Shown here piece after piece: positions 9,496-18,617 of a DNA stretch of 46,050 bases. The stretch's first letter is position 1, and every line of letters starts with the position of its first letter. The stretch is taken from positions 1-46,050 of the forward strand of contig JALVBA010000369.1 of NCBI GenBank assembly GCA_027010905.1, given 5' to 3'. This stretch comes from Marinilabiliaceae bacterium. GTDB taxonomy: Bacteria > Bacteroidota > Bacteroidia > Bacteroidales > Marinilabiliaceae. The position numbers and the translations under genes were made by a program. The notes under the pieces were generated by a model, which did no database searches, was not told the origin of the DNA, and saw nothing but the letters and a program-made list of their open reading frames with translations.

Positions 9496-11043
9496 ATGAA
9501 TAATTTATTTTTAATAACTTTTGCTATCACAGTACTGCTTTCTTCATGTGTAAGTGAGAAAGCAAACGAGAGTCAATCTAGTGAAAACCCTAATATCATA
9601 ATCATATATGCTGATGATTTGGGCTATGGTGATGTAAGTGCCTATGGTGATGGGCTTATTAAAACTCCAAATATAGACAAGTTGGTAAGTGGTGGCATAA
9701 AGTTTACCAAAGGATACGCCTCCTCATCAACTTGTACTCCAAGCCGGTATGCTCTGCTTACAGGAACATATCCGTGGCGCAACAAAAAGGCACATATCCT
9801 GCCCGGCTCTGCCCCTATGATTATTGACACTGCTCAATTGACCATTCCCCGAATGCTAAAAGGAGAAGGGTACTTTACCGGGGTTGTTGGAAAATGGCAT
9901 TTAGGACTCGGTTCCGGAAATACCGATTGGAACAAACATATCTCTCCAAGCCCTAATGAGGTTGGGTTTGATTATTCATACATTATGGCAGCAACACAGG
10001 ACAGAGTCCCTACGGTTTATATTAAGAATGGGAATGTTGTGAGGCTCGATGCTGATGACCCCATTGAAATTAGTTACCGGAAAAAATTTCCTAATGAGAT
10101 AACCGGGAGGGAGCATCCTGAATTGCTTAAGATAATGTACTCTAATGGACATGATGGCACTATCGTGAATGGGATATCCCGGATTGGCCACATGAGAGGT
10201 GGAGTGAAGGCGCACTGGATAGACGAAAATATGTCCGATACATTTCTTGTAAAAGCACAACAATATATCAAAGCTCATAAGGATGAGCCTTTCTTCCTCT
10301 ATTACGGACTACAGCAACCTCATGTACCACGTACACCTCATCAAAGATTTGTTGGAAAATCAGAAATGGGCCCTCGCGGCGATGCCATTGTTGAGGAGGA
10401 CTGGAATGTTGGTCAGATTATGAAAACTTTGAAAGAGGAGGGGCTTCTTGAAAATACTCTTGTGATACTCTCCAGTGATAACGGCCCCGTTCTTGACGAT
10501 GGCTACAAAGATGATGCGGTAGAGAAAAACGGAAATCATAAACCATGGGGGCCATTCAGAGGTGGAAAATACAGCCTGTTTGAAGCCGGCACAAGATTGC
10601 CATTTATCACATATTGGAAAGGGCATATCACTCCCAGGGAGTCGAGTGCAATGGTCTCGCAAATTGATATACTTAATTCGTTGGCTGCCCTTACCGGCAG
10701 TAAACTAAAGTCAGATGATGGTGAAAATCTGATGGATCTGTTTCTTGGTAAGAGCAACACCGGTCGTAATGCAGTGGTTATTGAAGCAACAGGAAGAACG
10801 GCTTACCGGAAAGGTGACTGGGTAATGATTCCTCCGTACAAAGGAGCAGCAGTAATCGGAAGTGTTAATATTGAAACCGGCAATTCAAAAGAGTATCAAC
10901 TGTACAATATAAAAGATGATCAGGGACAGAAAATTAATCTTGCTAAGAATAATAAGGAGAAGCTAAATGAGATGACAACTGAATTTGAGAAGGTCAGAGG
11001 AGTTACCTATAACAAGGGTGTGGAAAAGCTAGAGCTAAAATAA
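9496..11043 (+). CDS. Arylsulfatase-family sulfatase (formylglycine-dependent), lipoprotein
   Basis: Metal-binding motif IIIIYADDLGYGD, formylglycine motif C-T-P-S-R within SSSTCTPSRYALLTG, and signal peptide with LLSSC. Confidence 0.85.
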   Translation: MNNLFLITFAITVLLSSCVSEKANESQSSENPNIIIIYADDLGYGDVSAYGDGLIKTPNIDKLVSGGIKFTKGYASSSTCTPSRYALLTGTYPWRNKKAHILPGSAPMIIDTAQLTIPRMLKGEGYFTGVVGKWHLGLGSGNTDWNKHISPSPNEVGFDYSYIMAATQDRVPTVYIKNGNVVRLDADDPIEISYRKKFPNEITGREHPELLKIMYSNGHDGTIVNGISRIGHMRGGVKAHWIDENMSDTFLVKAQQYIKAHKDEPFFLYYGLQQPHVPRTPHQRFVGKSEMGPRGDAIVEEDWNVGQIMKTLKEEGLLENTLVILSSDNGPVLDDGYKDDAVEKNGNHKPWGPFRGGKYSLFEAGTRLPFITYWKGHITPRESSAMVSQIDILNSLAALTGSKLKSDDGENLMDLFLGKSNTGRNAVVIEATGRTAYRKGDWVMIPPYKGAAVIGSVNIETGNSKEYQLYNIKDDQGQKINLAKNNKEKLNEMTTEFEKVRGVTYNKGVEKLELK

Positions 11044-11158
11044 GGTATAATCCTGAATATGACCTATTTAGTATAGTCGCTTCATTAACTCATACCGGGT
11101 TATTTTTCACATCTCTAAAATTTTACCTATCATTGCGGCCAATTAAAATTTACTACTT

Positions 11159-13192
11159 ATGCGAAAAATTGAACTTTTGATGATTGCCATGCTGACGGTG
11201 TTCATACAATCATGTAACAACAAAGAGATGAAGAAAACAGATGCGATAGATACTGCCAATATGGACTTGACGGTTAAGCCTGGTGATGACTTCTACGAGT
11301 ATGCAAACGGGGGATGGATAAAAACTCATCCTGTACCTGCTGATAAAAGTCGGTATGGAGCTTTTGACCAGTTAATGGATGAGAACGAGAAACAGCTCAA
11401 AGAGCTGGTTGACGACCTTCTTGATTCAAAAAAGGAGAAAGACGGTATCGAAGAGAAGATTGCAACATTCTATCGTACCGGGATGGATTCTGCCGTCATT
11501 GAGAAGTTGGGCATATCGGTTTTGAATGATGAGCTTAAAAAGATTGAAGACATCACTACCAAAGAGGACATTGAAAAAACTATTGCATATTTTCATCAAC
11601 TTGGTATTACTTCCGGGTTTCAGCTTTACGGTGCTGCTGACGATCGCAACAGTAGCATGACAGTAACACAGTTGCATCAGGGAGGGTTGGGCTTACCCGA
11701 CAGGGATTACTACCTAAGTGAAAATGACAGGTTTGTAAAGATTCGTGATAAGTATATTGAGCACATTGCTAATATTTTTGTGCTAGCAGGTGAAAAAGTG
11801 GATAAGGCTAGAGCTGAAGCAAAAACAGTTTTCAGTCTTGAAAAGAAACTGGCAGAGGTTTCAAAAGATCGTCTTGCTTTGCGTGATCCAATAAAGAACT
11901 ACAATAAGATAACCGTTACTGAGCTATCCAAATTAGCTCCGGAGTTTAACTGGAAAGGGTATCTCGGCACTGTTGGTTTAAGCCTTGTGAAAGAGTTGAT
12001 AGTTGGCCAACCCGATTTTATTTCAGGGTTTGGTAATATTCTTGCAAAAGAGTCTGTAGATACTTGGAAAATGTACCTTAAATGGAATCTTCTTAATAAA
12101 ACAGCATCATATCTGAATAGCGATTTTGTCAATCAAAACTTTGAGTTTTATGGTAAAGTATTGTCGGGAACACTTGAGATGAAGCCTCGTTGGAAACGTG
12201 TATTAAACACTACCAGTGGGTATCTGGGTGAAGCAGTAGGACAGATTTATGTGAAAAAATATTTCCCGCCTGAAGCAAAGGAGCGAATGTTGAAATTGGT
12301 TGAGAATCTTCGTCTGGCTCTTGGCGATCGCATTCGTAACCTTTCATGGATGAGCGAAGGAACAAAAGAGAATGCACTTGAAAAGTTGGATGCTATAACT
12401 GTTAAAATCGGATATCCTGATAAATGGAAGGATTACAGAAGCCTTGAAGTTGTAAGCGATGCTTATGTGCTTAATGTACTTCGTGCTGCTAAGTTTCATT
12501 TCGAGGATATGATATCGAAGATTGATAAGCCAGTTGATAAAGCAGAGTGGCACATGCCTCCTCAAATCGTTAATGCTTATTACAATCCTACACAGAACGA
12601 GATTGTTTTTCCTGCGGGGATTTTGCAACCTCCGTTCTTCTATTTTGATGCCGACGATGCCGTGAATTACGGTGCAATAGGCGTAGTTATAGGACATGAG
12701 ATGACTCATGGTTTCGATGATCAGGGACGGTTGTACGACAAAGATGGTAATCTGAATACATGGTGGACAGAGGAAGACTCAAAGCTTTTTAAAGAACGTA
12801 CACAGGTTTTGGTTGAGCAGTTTAATCAATTCATTGTACTCGATACTATCCATGCAAACGGAGAGTACACATTGGGTGAGAATATTGCTGATTTGGGAGG
12901 CGTTAATGTGTCATACACTGCATTTCTGAAAACCAAACAAGGTAAAGATTTAAGCAAGAAAATTGACGGTTTTACCGCTGCTCAACGATTCTTCCTCTCG
13001 TATGCTCACCTTTGGGGACAAAACATTCGTGATAAAGAGATTCTTCGTCGTACTCAAGAGGATGTTCACTCGCTAGGGCACTTTAGAGTAATAGGACCGC
13101 TGCGTAATGTGGAAACTTTTTATGAGGCGTTTGATATAAAGCCGGGCGATAAAATGTATCTGCCAAAAGATGAAAGAGCTATAATCTGGTAG
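11159..13192 (+). CDS. pepO: M13-family zinc metallopeptidase (neprilysin/PepO-like), lipoprotein
   Basis: HExxH in VIGHEMTHGFDD, downstream GENIADLGG, and C-terminal ERAIIW. It is about 677 aa with signal FIQSC. Confidence 0.9.
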   Translation: MRKIELLMIAMLTVFIQSCNNKEMKKTDAIDTANMDLTVKPGDDFYEYANGGWIKTHPVPADKSRYGAFDQLMDENEKQLKELVDDLLDSKKEKDGIEEKIATFYRTGMDSAVIEKLGISVLNDELKKIEDITTKEDIEKTIAYFHQLGITSGFQLYGAADDRNSSMTVTQLHQGGLGLPDRDYYLSENDRFVKIRDKYIEHIANIFVLAGEKVDKARAEAKTVFSLEKKLAEVSKDRLALRDPIKNYNKITVTELSKLAPEFNWKGYLGTVGLSLVKELIVGQPDFISGFGNILAKESVDTWKMYLKWNLLNKTASYLNSDFVNQNFEFYGKVLSGTLEMKPRWKRVLNTTSGYLGEAVGQIYVKKYFPPEAKERMLKLVENLRLALGDRIRNLSWMSEGTKENALEKLDAITVKIGYPDKWKDYRSLEVVSDAYVLNVLRAAKFHFEDMISKIDKPVDKAEWHMPPQIVNAYYNPTQNEIVFPAGILQPPFFYFDADDAVNYGAIGVVIGHEMTHGFDDQGRLYDKDGNLNTWWTEEDSKLFKERTQVLVEQFNQFIVLDTIHANGEYTLGENIADLGGVNVSYTAFLKTKQGKDLSKKIDGFTAAQRFFLSYAHLWGQNIRDKEILRRTQEDVHSLGHFRVIGPLRNVETFYEAFDIKPGDKMYLPKDERAIIW

Positions 13193-13220
13193 TGCTTTCA
13201 TACCCGTATAGCAAACAAAC

Positions 13221-13278
13221 ATTTGCGGCTTGACAAATTTGCGAGTAATATCTCTCGCCAAGTTGCCAAGCCGCAAAT
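13221..13278. terminator. Long nested hairpin between convergent pepO and cysK; possible terminator for cysK or for both genes
   Basis: A perfect 12-bp stem pairs ATTTGCGGCTTG (13221-13232) with CAAGCCGCAAAT (13267-13278). An inner GCGAG/CTCGC stem lies at 13241-13258. On the minus strand it is followed by GTTTGTTTGC, which is only moderately T-rich. Confidence 0.35.
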
Positions 13279-13324
13279 TATGAAAATCCACATTGTACAG
13301 CTTTGTTCCTTTGTGGCAGGTTAT

Positions 13325-14239
13325 TTAAAAGTCCAGCATACTTAGATACCTTTCTCCGGTATCTGGCAGTAGCACAACTATTTTTTTCCCTCTATTTTCA
13401 GAACGGCTGGCAAGTTGCAATGCAGCATGAAGTGCAGCTCCCGAAGATATTCCGCATAAGATACCCTCTTTTGATACTGCCATCCGCCAAGTGTTCACAG
13501 CATCCTCGTTAGAAACAGTTACAACTTCATCATAAATATCTGTATTCAGATTCTCCGGTATAAATCCGGCTCCAATACCCTGAATCTTATGAGGGCCTGC
13601 ATTACCTCCTGACAAAACGGGAGACCCTGCCGGTTCAACAGCAATAACTTTAACTGATGGATTCTTCTGTTTTAATACCTCTCCTGTTCCGGTGATAGTC
13701 CCTCCCGTTCCTATTCCCGCCACAAAAATATCCACATTACCATCCATATCGTCCCATATTTCCAGAGCAGTAGTTCTACGGTGAGTCTCAGGATTTGCCG
13801 GATTGCTGAATTGCATAGGAATATAGCTTTTGGGGAATTTCTTAGCAAGCTCATTTGCTTTAGAAATAGCTCCATTCATACCTTTATCGGCAGAAGTAAG
13901 CTCCAGCTCAGCACCAAGAAGCTTCAGCATATTACGCCTCTCCACACTCATACTTTCCGGCATTGTAAGTATTATACGATACCCTTTAGCCGCGGCTATC
14001 ATTGCCAGGCCAATACCTGTATTGCCACTTGTAGGTTCAATAATTACCGTATCCTCATCAAGAAACCCTTTTACTTCTGCATCTTCAATCATCGATTTTG
14101 CAATACGGTCTTTTACCGACCCACCCGGATTAAATGATTCGAGCTTGGCATAAATCTCCGCATGCGAGTTGTCTGTTAATCTGTTTATTCTTACAAGAGG
14201 TGTTGCTCCAATCAGCTGTGTTATGTTTTTTACTTTCAT
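13325..14239 (-). CDS. cysK: Cysteine synthase A (O-acetylserine sulfhydrylase)
   Basis: PLP-lysine region [12 protein letters not shown], plus [12 protein letters not shown] and [10 protein letters not shown] motifs. 304 aa. Confidence 0.9.
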   Translation of the reverse strand: MKVKNITQLIGATPLVRINRLTDNSHAEIYAKLESFNPGGSVKDRIAKSMIEDAEVKGFLDEDTVIIEPTSGNTGIGLAMIAAAKGYRIILTMPESMSVERRNMLKLLGAELELTSADKGMNGAISKANELAKKFPKSYIPMQFSNPANPETHRRTTALEIWDDMDGNVDIFVAGIGTGGTITGTGEVLKQKNPSVKVIAVEPAGSPVLSGGNAGPHKIQGIGAGFIPENLNTDIYDEVVTVSNEDAVNTWRMAVSKEGILCGISSGAALHAALQLASRSENRGKKIVVLLPDTGERYLSMLDF

Positions 14240-14289
14240 ATTTATAAACTTTAATATTACTACAATATATCGTTACAATTGTTTTGCTA

Positions 14290-15564
14290 CTAAATTGCTT
14301 TTAGCGCCTGTTCAATATCTTTCTTCAGATCGTTAATATCTTCAAGTCCTATTGATAACCTGATTAAATCTTCTGTTACACCCGTAGTTTTTTGATCCTC
14401 TTCTGTCAATTGTTGATGTGTAGTACTTGCCGGATGAATAATGAGAGATTTAGTATCTCCTATATTGGCAAGCAAAGAGAAAATTGTTGTGGAATCACTA
14501 AATGCTTTTGCTGCACTGAATCCTCCTTTTAAGCCGAATGTAACTAAGCCACTCTGTCCATCAGATAAGTATTCCTGAGCAAGATTAAAATAATTACTGT
14601 TTTTTAATCCAGGGTAATTTACCCATGCCACTTCATCCTTTTCTGACAACCAGGTGGCAAGTTCAAATGCATTCTTTGAAATTTGCTTTATTCTTACCTG
14701 TAAAGTTTCAAGCCCTTGTATAATCTGAAAAGCATTATATGGGCTCAACGCTCCCCCAAAATCACGTAGTCCTTCAATTCTCAGTTTTACAATAAACGCT
14801 ATTTCTCCCAAAGCTTCCCAATATTTCAGGCCATGATACCCTTTTGATGGTTCGGTAAATTCCGGAAACTTTCCGTTTGCCCAGTTAAAGGTGCCGGCAT
14901 CAATTACTGCACCTCCCAGCGAAGTTCCATTTCCTCCAATATATTTTGTTAATGAATGAATCACAATATTAGCCCCGTATTTAATTGGATTCAAAAGTGC
15001 CGGAGTGGCCACCGTGTTATCAACTATTAATGGGATGTCATTGTCTTGGGCAACTTCTGCCACTTTTTTCAAGTCTAATACGTCTAATTTGGGATTTCCA
15101 ATTGATTCAATGTAAATAGCTCTGGTGTTGGGACGTACTGCATCTTTAATGTTCTTGATATGGTCGGCATCAACAAAAGTAGTTTCAATTCCAAGTCTTG
15201 GGAGAGTCACATTTAGGAGGTTGAAAGTTCCTCCGTACAGGCTGCCTGAAGAGACTACATGGTCGCCGGATTTAAAAAGAGTTAAAAAGGTGGTGGCGAT
15301 TGCCGATGCGCCGGAAGCAAATACCGCTGCACCAACTCCGCCTTCAACAGCAGCAAGTCGTTTTTCCAATATATCATTTGTGGGATTATTAAGTCGGGTA
15401 TAAATATATCCGGGTTCTTTTAACTCAAAAAGATTAGCCGCATGTTCACTATTGTTAAATACATAAGATGATGTTTGATAAATAGGTACTGCCCTTGTCC
15501 CTTCAGTCAGATTAGTGTCATGTCCTTCGTGTAATGCAATTGTTGCTTTTGATAAATTTTCCAT
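14290..15564 (-). CDS. metY: O-acetylhomoserine aminocarboxypropyltransferase (sulfhydrylase)
   Basis: Cys/Met-metabolism PLP-enzyme family with PLP lysine in HSLTKYIGGNG. The 424-aa length and N-terminus (ALHEGHD, TRAVPIYQTSSY) are typical of MetY. Confidence 0.85.
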   Translation of the reverse strand: MENLSKATIALHEGHDTNLTEGTRAVPIYQTSSYVFNNSEHAANLFELKEPGYIYTRLNNPTNDILEKRLAAVEGGVGAAVFASGASAIATTFLTLFKSGDHVVSSGSLYGGTFNLLNVTLPRLGIETTFVDADHIKNIKDAVRPNTRAIYIESIGNPKLDVLDLKKVAEVAQDNDIPLIVDNTVATPALLNPIKYGANIVIHSLTKYIGGNGTSLGGAVIDAGTFNWANGKFPEFTEPSKGYHGLKYWEALGEIAFIVKLRIEGLRDFGGALSPYNAFQIIQGLETLQVRIKQISKNAFELATWLSEKDEVAWVNYPGLKNSNYFNLAQEYLSDGQSGLVTFGLKGGFSAAKAFSDSTTIFSLLANIGDTKSLIIHPASTTHQQLTEEDQKTTGVTEDLIRLSIGLEDINDLKKDIEQALKAI

Positions 15565-15598
15565 TTTAATCTATTTTAGATGTGTTATTAATAAGTGC

Positions 15599-15639
15599 AA
15601 AAAAAAGTCCCTTTTGGAGCAGTATTACCAAAGGGACTT
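15599..15639 (-). terminator. Strong intrinsic terminator/attenuator hairpin inside the metY 5' leader
   Basis: The minus strand reads AAGTCCCTTTGG-TAATACTG-CTCCAAAAGGGACTTTTTTTTGCAC. This is an 11-bp GC-containing stem with one bulge, followed by 8 T. It ends only about 35 nt upstream of the metY ATG (15564), and I see no TAnnTTTG box in between. Confidence 0.65.
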
Positions 15640-15768
15640 AAAGGAGTTGTTTTATATTTTATCCGGGTAATACCATAGCATTATGTGCCACATACACATG
15701 GATGTACACAGGCATGTAGAGCTGTTTACAATAATATTTACTTTGATATCCACTTTGCTTGTATTTAT

Positions 15769-15800
15769 AAAAAAGCCTTTACATTTTTTGCAAAGGCTTT
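15769..15800 (-). terminator. Putative intrinsic terminator downstream of the POTRA-less Omp85 gene
   Basis: The minus strand reads AAAGCCTTT-GCAAAAAATGT-AAAGGCTTTTTTAT. This is a perfect 9-bp stem, an 11-nt loop and a T-run. Confidence 0.45.
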
Positions 15801-15968
15801 ATTCGTTTATACTTGTTAATACAAAAAGCCTATGTGTAATTCATACTACACATTGTACAGTCTGTCATATTTTTCATGATAAATATCATGGTGCAAATAT
15901 GAATACTTTTTTCTTTAATTCCAAATTTATCATCATTCAATCTAAGTTTTCCCGAGGTTAGATTTCAT

Positions 15969-17135
15969 TCAGAATGCCTCTCTCAAAGTAAAATAGATTG
16001 AGTTATCACCACGGTTAGTCATGCCAAAATCGAGTCTGAGATTCAGTCCGTCATTGGGTAGTACTTTGAAGCGAAGACCTGCCCCTCCTGCAACATGTAA
16101 ATCATTAAAAAGTTCATTGTTGAAGAAGTTGAATGCTCTTCCTGTACCAACAAAAGCAACAGCACCTATACGCCACCAAATATATTGTCGGTATTCGGTC
16201 TGAATGTACCAGACACTATTGTCAATATATTTCAGCGGTGACGGAATACCTCTTAAAAAGTGCTTTCCTCCAAGGGAGGAGAGCTTGTAAAACGGGGTAT
16301 TACCGTCGGTTATATTCAGGTAAGCCTGAGCAGCAAGCACCATCTTATCATCCTTAATACTAAAGAACTTTCTCACATCAACATTGTAGTTACTGAAACC
16401 ATAGTCGCCCAAGGAGTTACTAAAAAACCATAACGACGAAGCAGTTACAATCCACCCTTTGGAAGGGTACGATACGTTGTCACGGGTATCGAAGGCAACT
16501 ACCGGCCCCATACCATTAGCCCACCCTCCGGCGTATCCCGGCGTTTCAGGAGTCAGCAGAGCACCTGTAATATCAGAATTGTGTGAGTAGTTAAAATCCA
16601 ATCTAACACCAAAAAACAGTTTGTCTCTCCACCCTTTCAGTATATCTCCGTTCATACTAAACTGGTGCAGAAGGTACTCAGAGTATGGCTCATCTTTATC
16701 TTCGTTACCAATGCCGTAATAGGTGTCGGGCAAATACAGGAATTGTGTTTTTGTTCTGAAAAACCACTGCTTCTTTGTGTATGCTACCAGATCAATATCG
16801 AAAGAGTACATTCCGGTTGTTGAAACCATAAAATAAGGAGCAATTGTAGTAGAGCGCCTGTATTTTAAACCTTCCTCCATCTGTGTATTAATATTAATTA
16901 CAGGCATTACACCAAACTCAAACCCGGTACGTGGAGAGTATCCTCCAATGGGATAGAGCGAGAAAGTGTATTTGGGCTTTTCCCATGTAACTATATCAAT
17001 CATCTTATCAGCCAACCCTGTGGTTTTGTCAACAAAAGATTTCTTTTGAGGAATAGAGTCGTTCGCTCCCTGCCCCGAAATATTGATGAGCAGTAGTAAA
17101 ACAAAAAAGGATATTAATACCAATATTTTACTCAT
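15969..17135 (-). CDS. Omp85/surface-antigen (D15) beta-barrel protein without recognisable POTRA domains
   Basis: Signal peptide (ILVLISFFVLLLLINISGQ). Barrel motifs are typical of the Bac_surface_Ag domain (LGGKHFLRGI, AGGAGLRFKV, LRLDFG). The C-terminus is IYFTLREAF, ending in an aromatic residue. Confidence 0.7.
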   Translation of the reverse strand: MSKILVLISFFVLLLLINISGQGANDSIPQKKSFVDKTTGLADKMIDIVTWEKPKYTFSLYPIGGYSPRTGFEFGVMPVININTQMEEGLKYRRSTTIAPYFMVSTTGMYSFDIDLVAYTKKQWFFRTKTQFLYLPDTYYGIGNEDKDEPYSEYLLHQFSMNGDILKGWRDKLFFGVRLDFNYSHNSDITGALLTPETPGYAGGWANGMGPVVAFDTRDNVSYPSKGWIVTASSLWFFSNSLGDYGFSNYNVDVRKFFSIKDDKMVLAAQAYLNITDGNTPFYKLSSLGGKHFLRGIPSPLKYIDNSVWYIQTEYRQYIWWRIGAVAFVGTGRAFNFFNNELFNDLHVAGGAGLRFKVLPNDGLNLRLDFGMTNRGDNSIYFTLREAF

Positions 17136-17182
17136 AACTCATTTTTTCGTATCATCGGGCTTGTGGTTTTTTAAAGTTGAAA

Positions 17183-18415
17183 TTAAATATTTTTTAATGC
17201 CTGATTTATATCGTCGGATATATCGTCAGCATCCTCTATACCAACAGAGAGTCGCATCATCGTATCTCGAATCTGCATCTCACCTTTCTCCTTCTCCGTA
17301 AACTCAGAATAGATAGTTGAATAGGGATGAATAATTAATGTTTTGTTATCATTAAGATTTGTTGCCCTACGAATCATCTTCAGACTATTCATAAATTTAA
17401 AACAGCTATCCATTTTAAGTTCAAAAGTCAAAATTGAACCGGGCTTATTGTTAAACATCTCCCTTGCTAAACTATTTTGAGGATGAGCCTTCATGCCCGG
17501 ATAGGTAACCTTTTGCACCGCCGGATGATTCTCAAGAAATGAAGCAACGCTAAAGCTGTTTTCAACGCTTCGGTCAACCCGCAATGCTAAAGTGTCAACT
17601 CCCAGATTCATGTAGTGGGCTGTTTGAGCAGTCATCGAACCTCCAAGATGGCGGAAAATCTCTTTCCTGATTTTTGCTACTAACGACCTCTCTTCAAAAA
17701 TTTTAAATCTACTTAGCGCTGGTATCGATTGCCAGTGCTTACCATTGTCGATTATCACACCTCCAAATGCAGCTGCACCTCCACTAATAAACTTTGTTGC
17801 CGAGGTAACATCAATATCAATGTTGTGTTCGCGCGAATTAAATACATAAGGAGGTGTAAGTGTAGTATCAGCAACTGTAATTAAGTTATGTTTTGAAGCA
17901 ATCGCAGTGATTGAGGAGATATCAGGAATCTCAAGCTGGGGGTTTGTGATCGTTTCAAAAAAGATTACACGTGTTTTACTGTCGATTGCCTCTATAATTG
18001 CTTTAGTTGAGTTAATGTCAACCCATTTCACATCAATACCCCATGAGGGCAGAGTAAACTTAAAAAACGCATAAGTATGCCCGAAAAGATGATTTGAGGC
18101 AAGGATATTTTCACCCTTCATAACCACCGCAAGAATGGCATTTGAAATTGCAGCCATTCCTGATGATACCGCAATGGCAGCCGCCCCCCCGGTAATTGAT
18201 ATTATCTTCTGTTCAAAGAACTCAACCGTAGGGTTTGAAGTCCGTGAATAGATATGACTCTTTACTTTTCCGGTAAAAACATCTTCCATATCTTCGGCTG
18301 AATCGAATTCATACGCCACACCGTCGTACACCGGCATGTGCAGAGCTCCATGTACGTCAGGCTTTGGATATTTTGTATGCAACGACCTTGTAGTGAATCC
18401 GCGTTTATTAGTCAT
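17183..18415 (-). CDS. PLP-dependent Cys/Met-metabolism enzyme; second, diverged O-acetylhomoserine sulfhydrylase / gamma-lyase-like paralog
   Basis: N-terminus TRSLHTKYPKPDVHGALHMPVY, IYSRTSNPT, PLP lysine in TSATKFISGG, and C-terminal MRLSVGIEDADDI. Substrate specificity cannot be inferred by eye. Confidence 0.8.
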   Translation of the reverse strand: MTNKRGFTTRSLHTKYPKPDVHGALHMPVYDGVAYEFDSAEDMEDVFTGKVKSHIYSRTSNPTVEFFEQKIISITGGAAAIAVSSGMAAISNAILAVVMKGENILASNHLFGHTYAFFKFTLPSWGIDVKWVDINSTKAIIEAIDSKTRVIFFETITNPQLEIPDISSITAIASKHNLITVADTTLTPPYVFNSREHNIDIDVTSATKFISGGAAAFGGVIIDNGKHWQSIPALSRFKIFEERSLVAKIRKEIFRHLGGSMTAQTAHYMNLGVDTLALRVDRSVENSFSVASFLENHPAVQKVTYPGMKAHPQNSLAREMFNNKPGSILTFELKMDSCFKFMNSLKMIRRATNLNDNKTLIIHPYSTIYSEFTEKEKGEMQIRDTMMRLSVGIEDADDISDDINQALKNI

Positions 18416-18454
18416 ATTGATATTTTCTATTTTTTTTATTTTTATTTTATTTAT

Positions 18455-18487
18455 ACACCTGACAGGTTTCCAAAACCTGTCAGGTGT
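18455..18487. repeat. REP-like perfect palindromic hairpin (left copy)
   Basis: ACACCTGACAGGTTT-CCA-AAACCTGTCAGGTGT. The arms are a perfect 15 bp, embedded in a roughly symmetrical A/T-rich context. Confidence 0.85.
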
Positions 18488-18617
18488 AAATAAAAATAAA
18501 AAACAGTTACAATTCTAAATATTCTTCTATCTCCTCCATTTTCATCTTCTCTATTTTTTGTTCATGAACCAACTTAAAATTATCAAGATTTTCAAACAAC
18601 TCAACCACTTCCTCTCG

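Noticed and set aside
15646-15768. SAM-I (S-box) or SAM-II riboswitch upstream of metY
   Set aside because: I read the minus strand for the conserved SAM-I elements (P1 CUUAUC...GAUAAG, GAGGGA, GCAACC, AAUUCC) and for an AAAGCU-type SAM-II pseudoknot core. I found none. The leader is kept as an unclassified candidate only.
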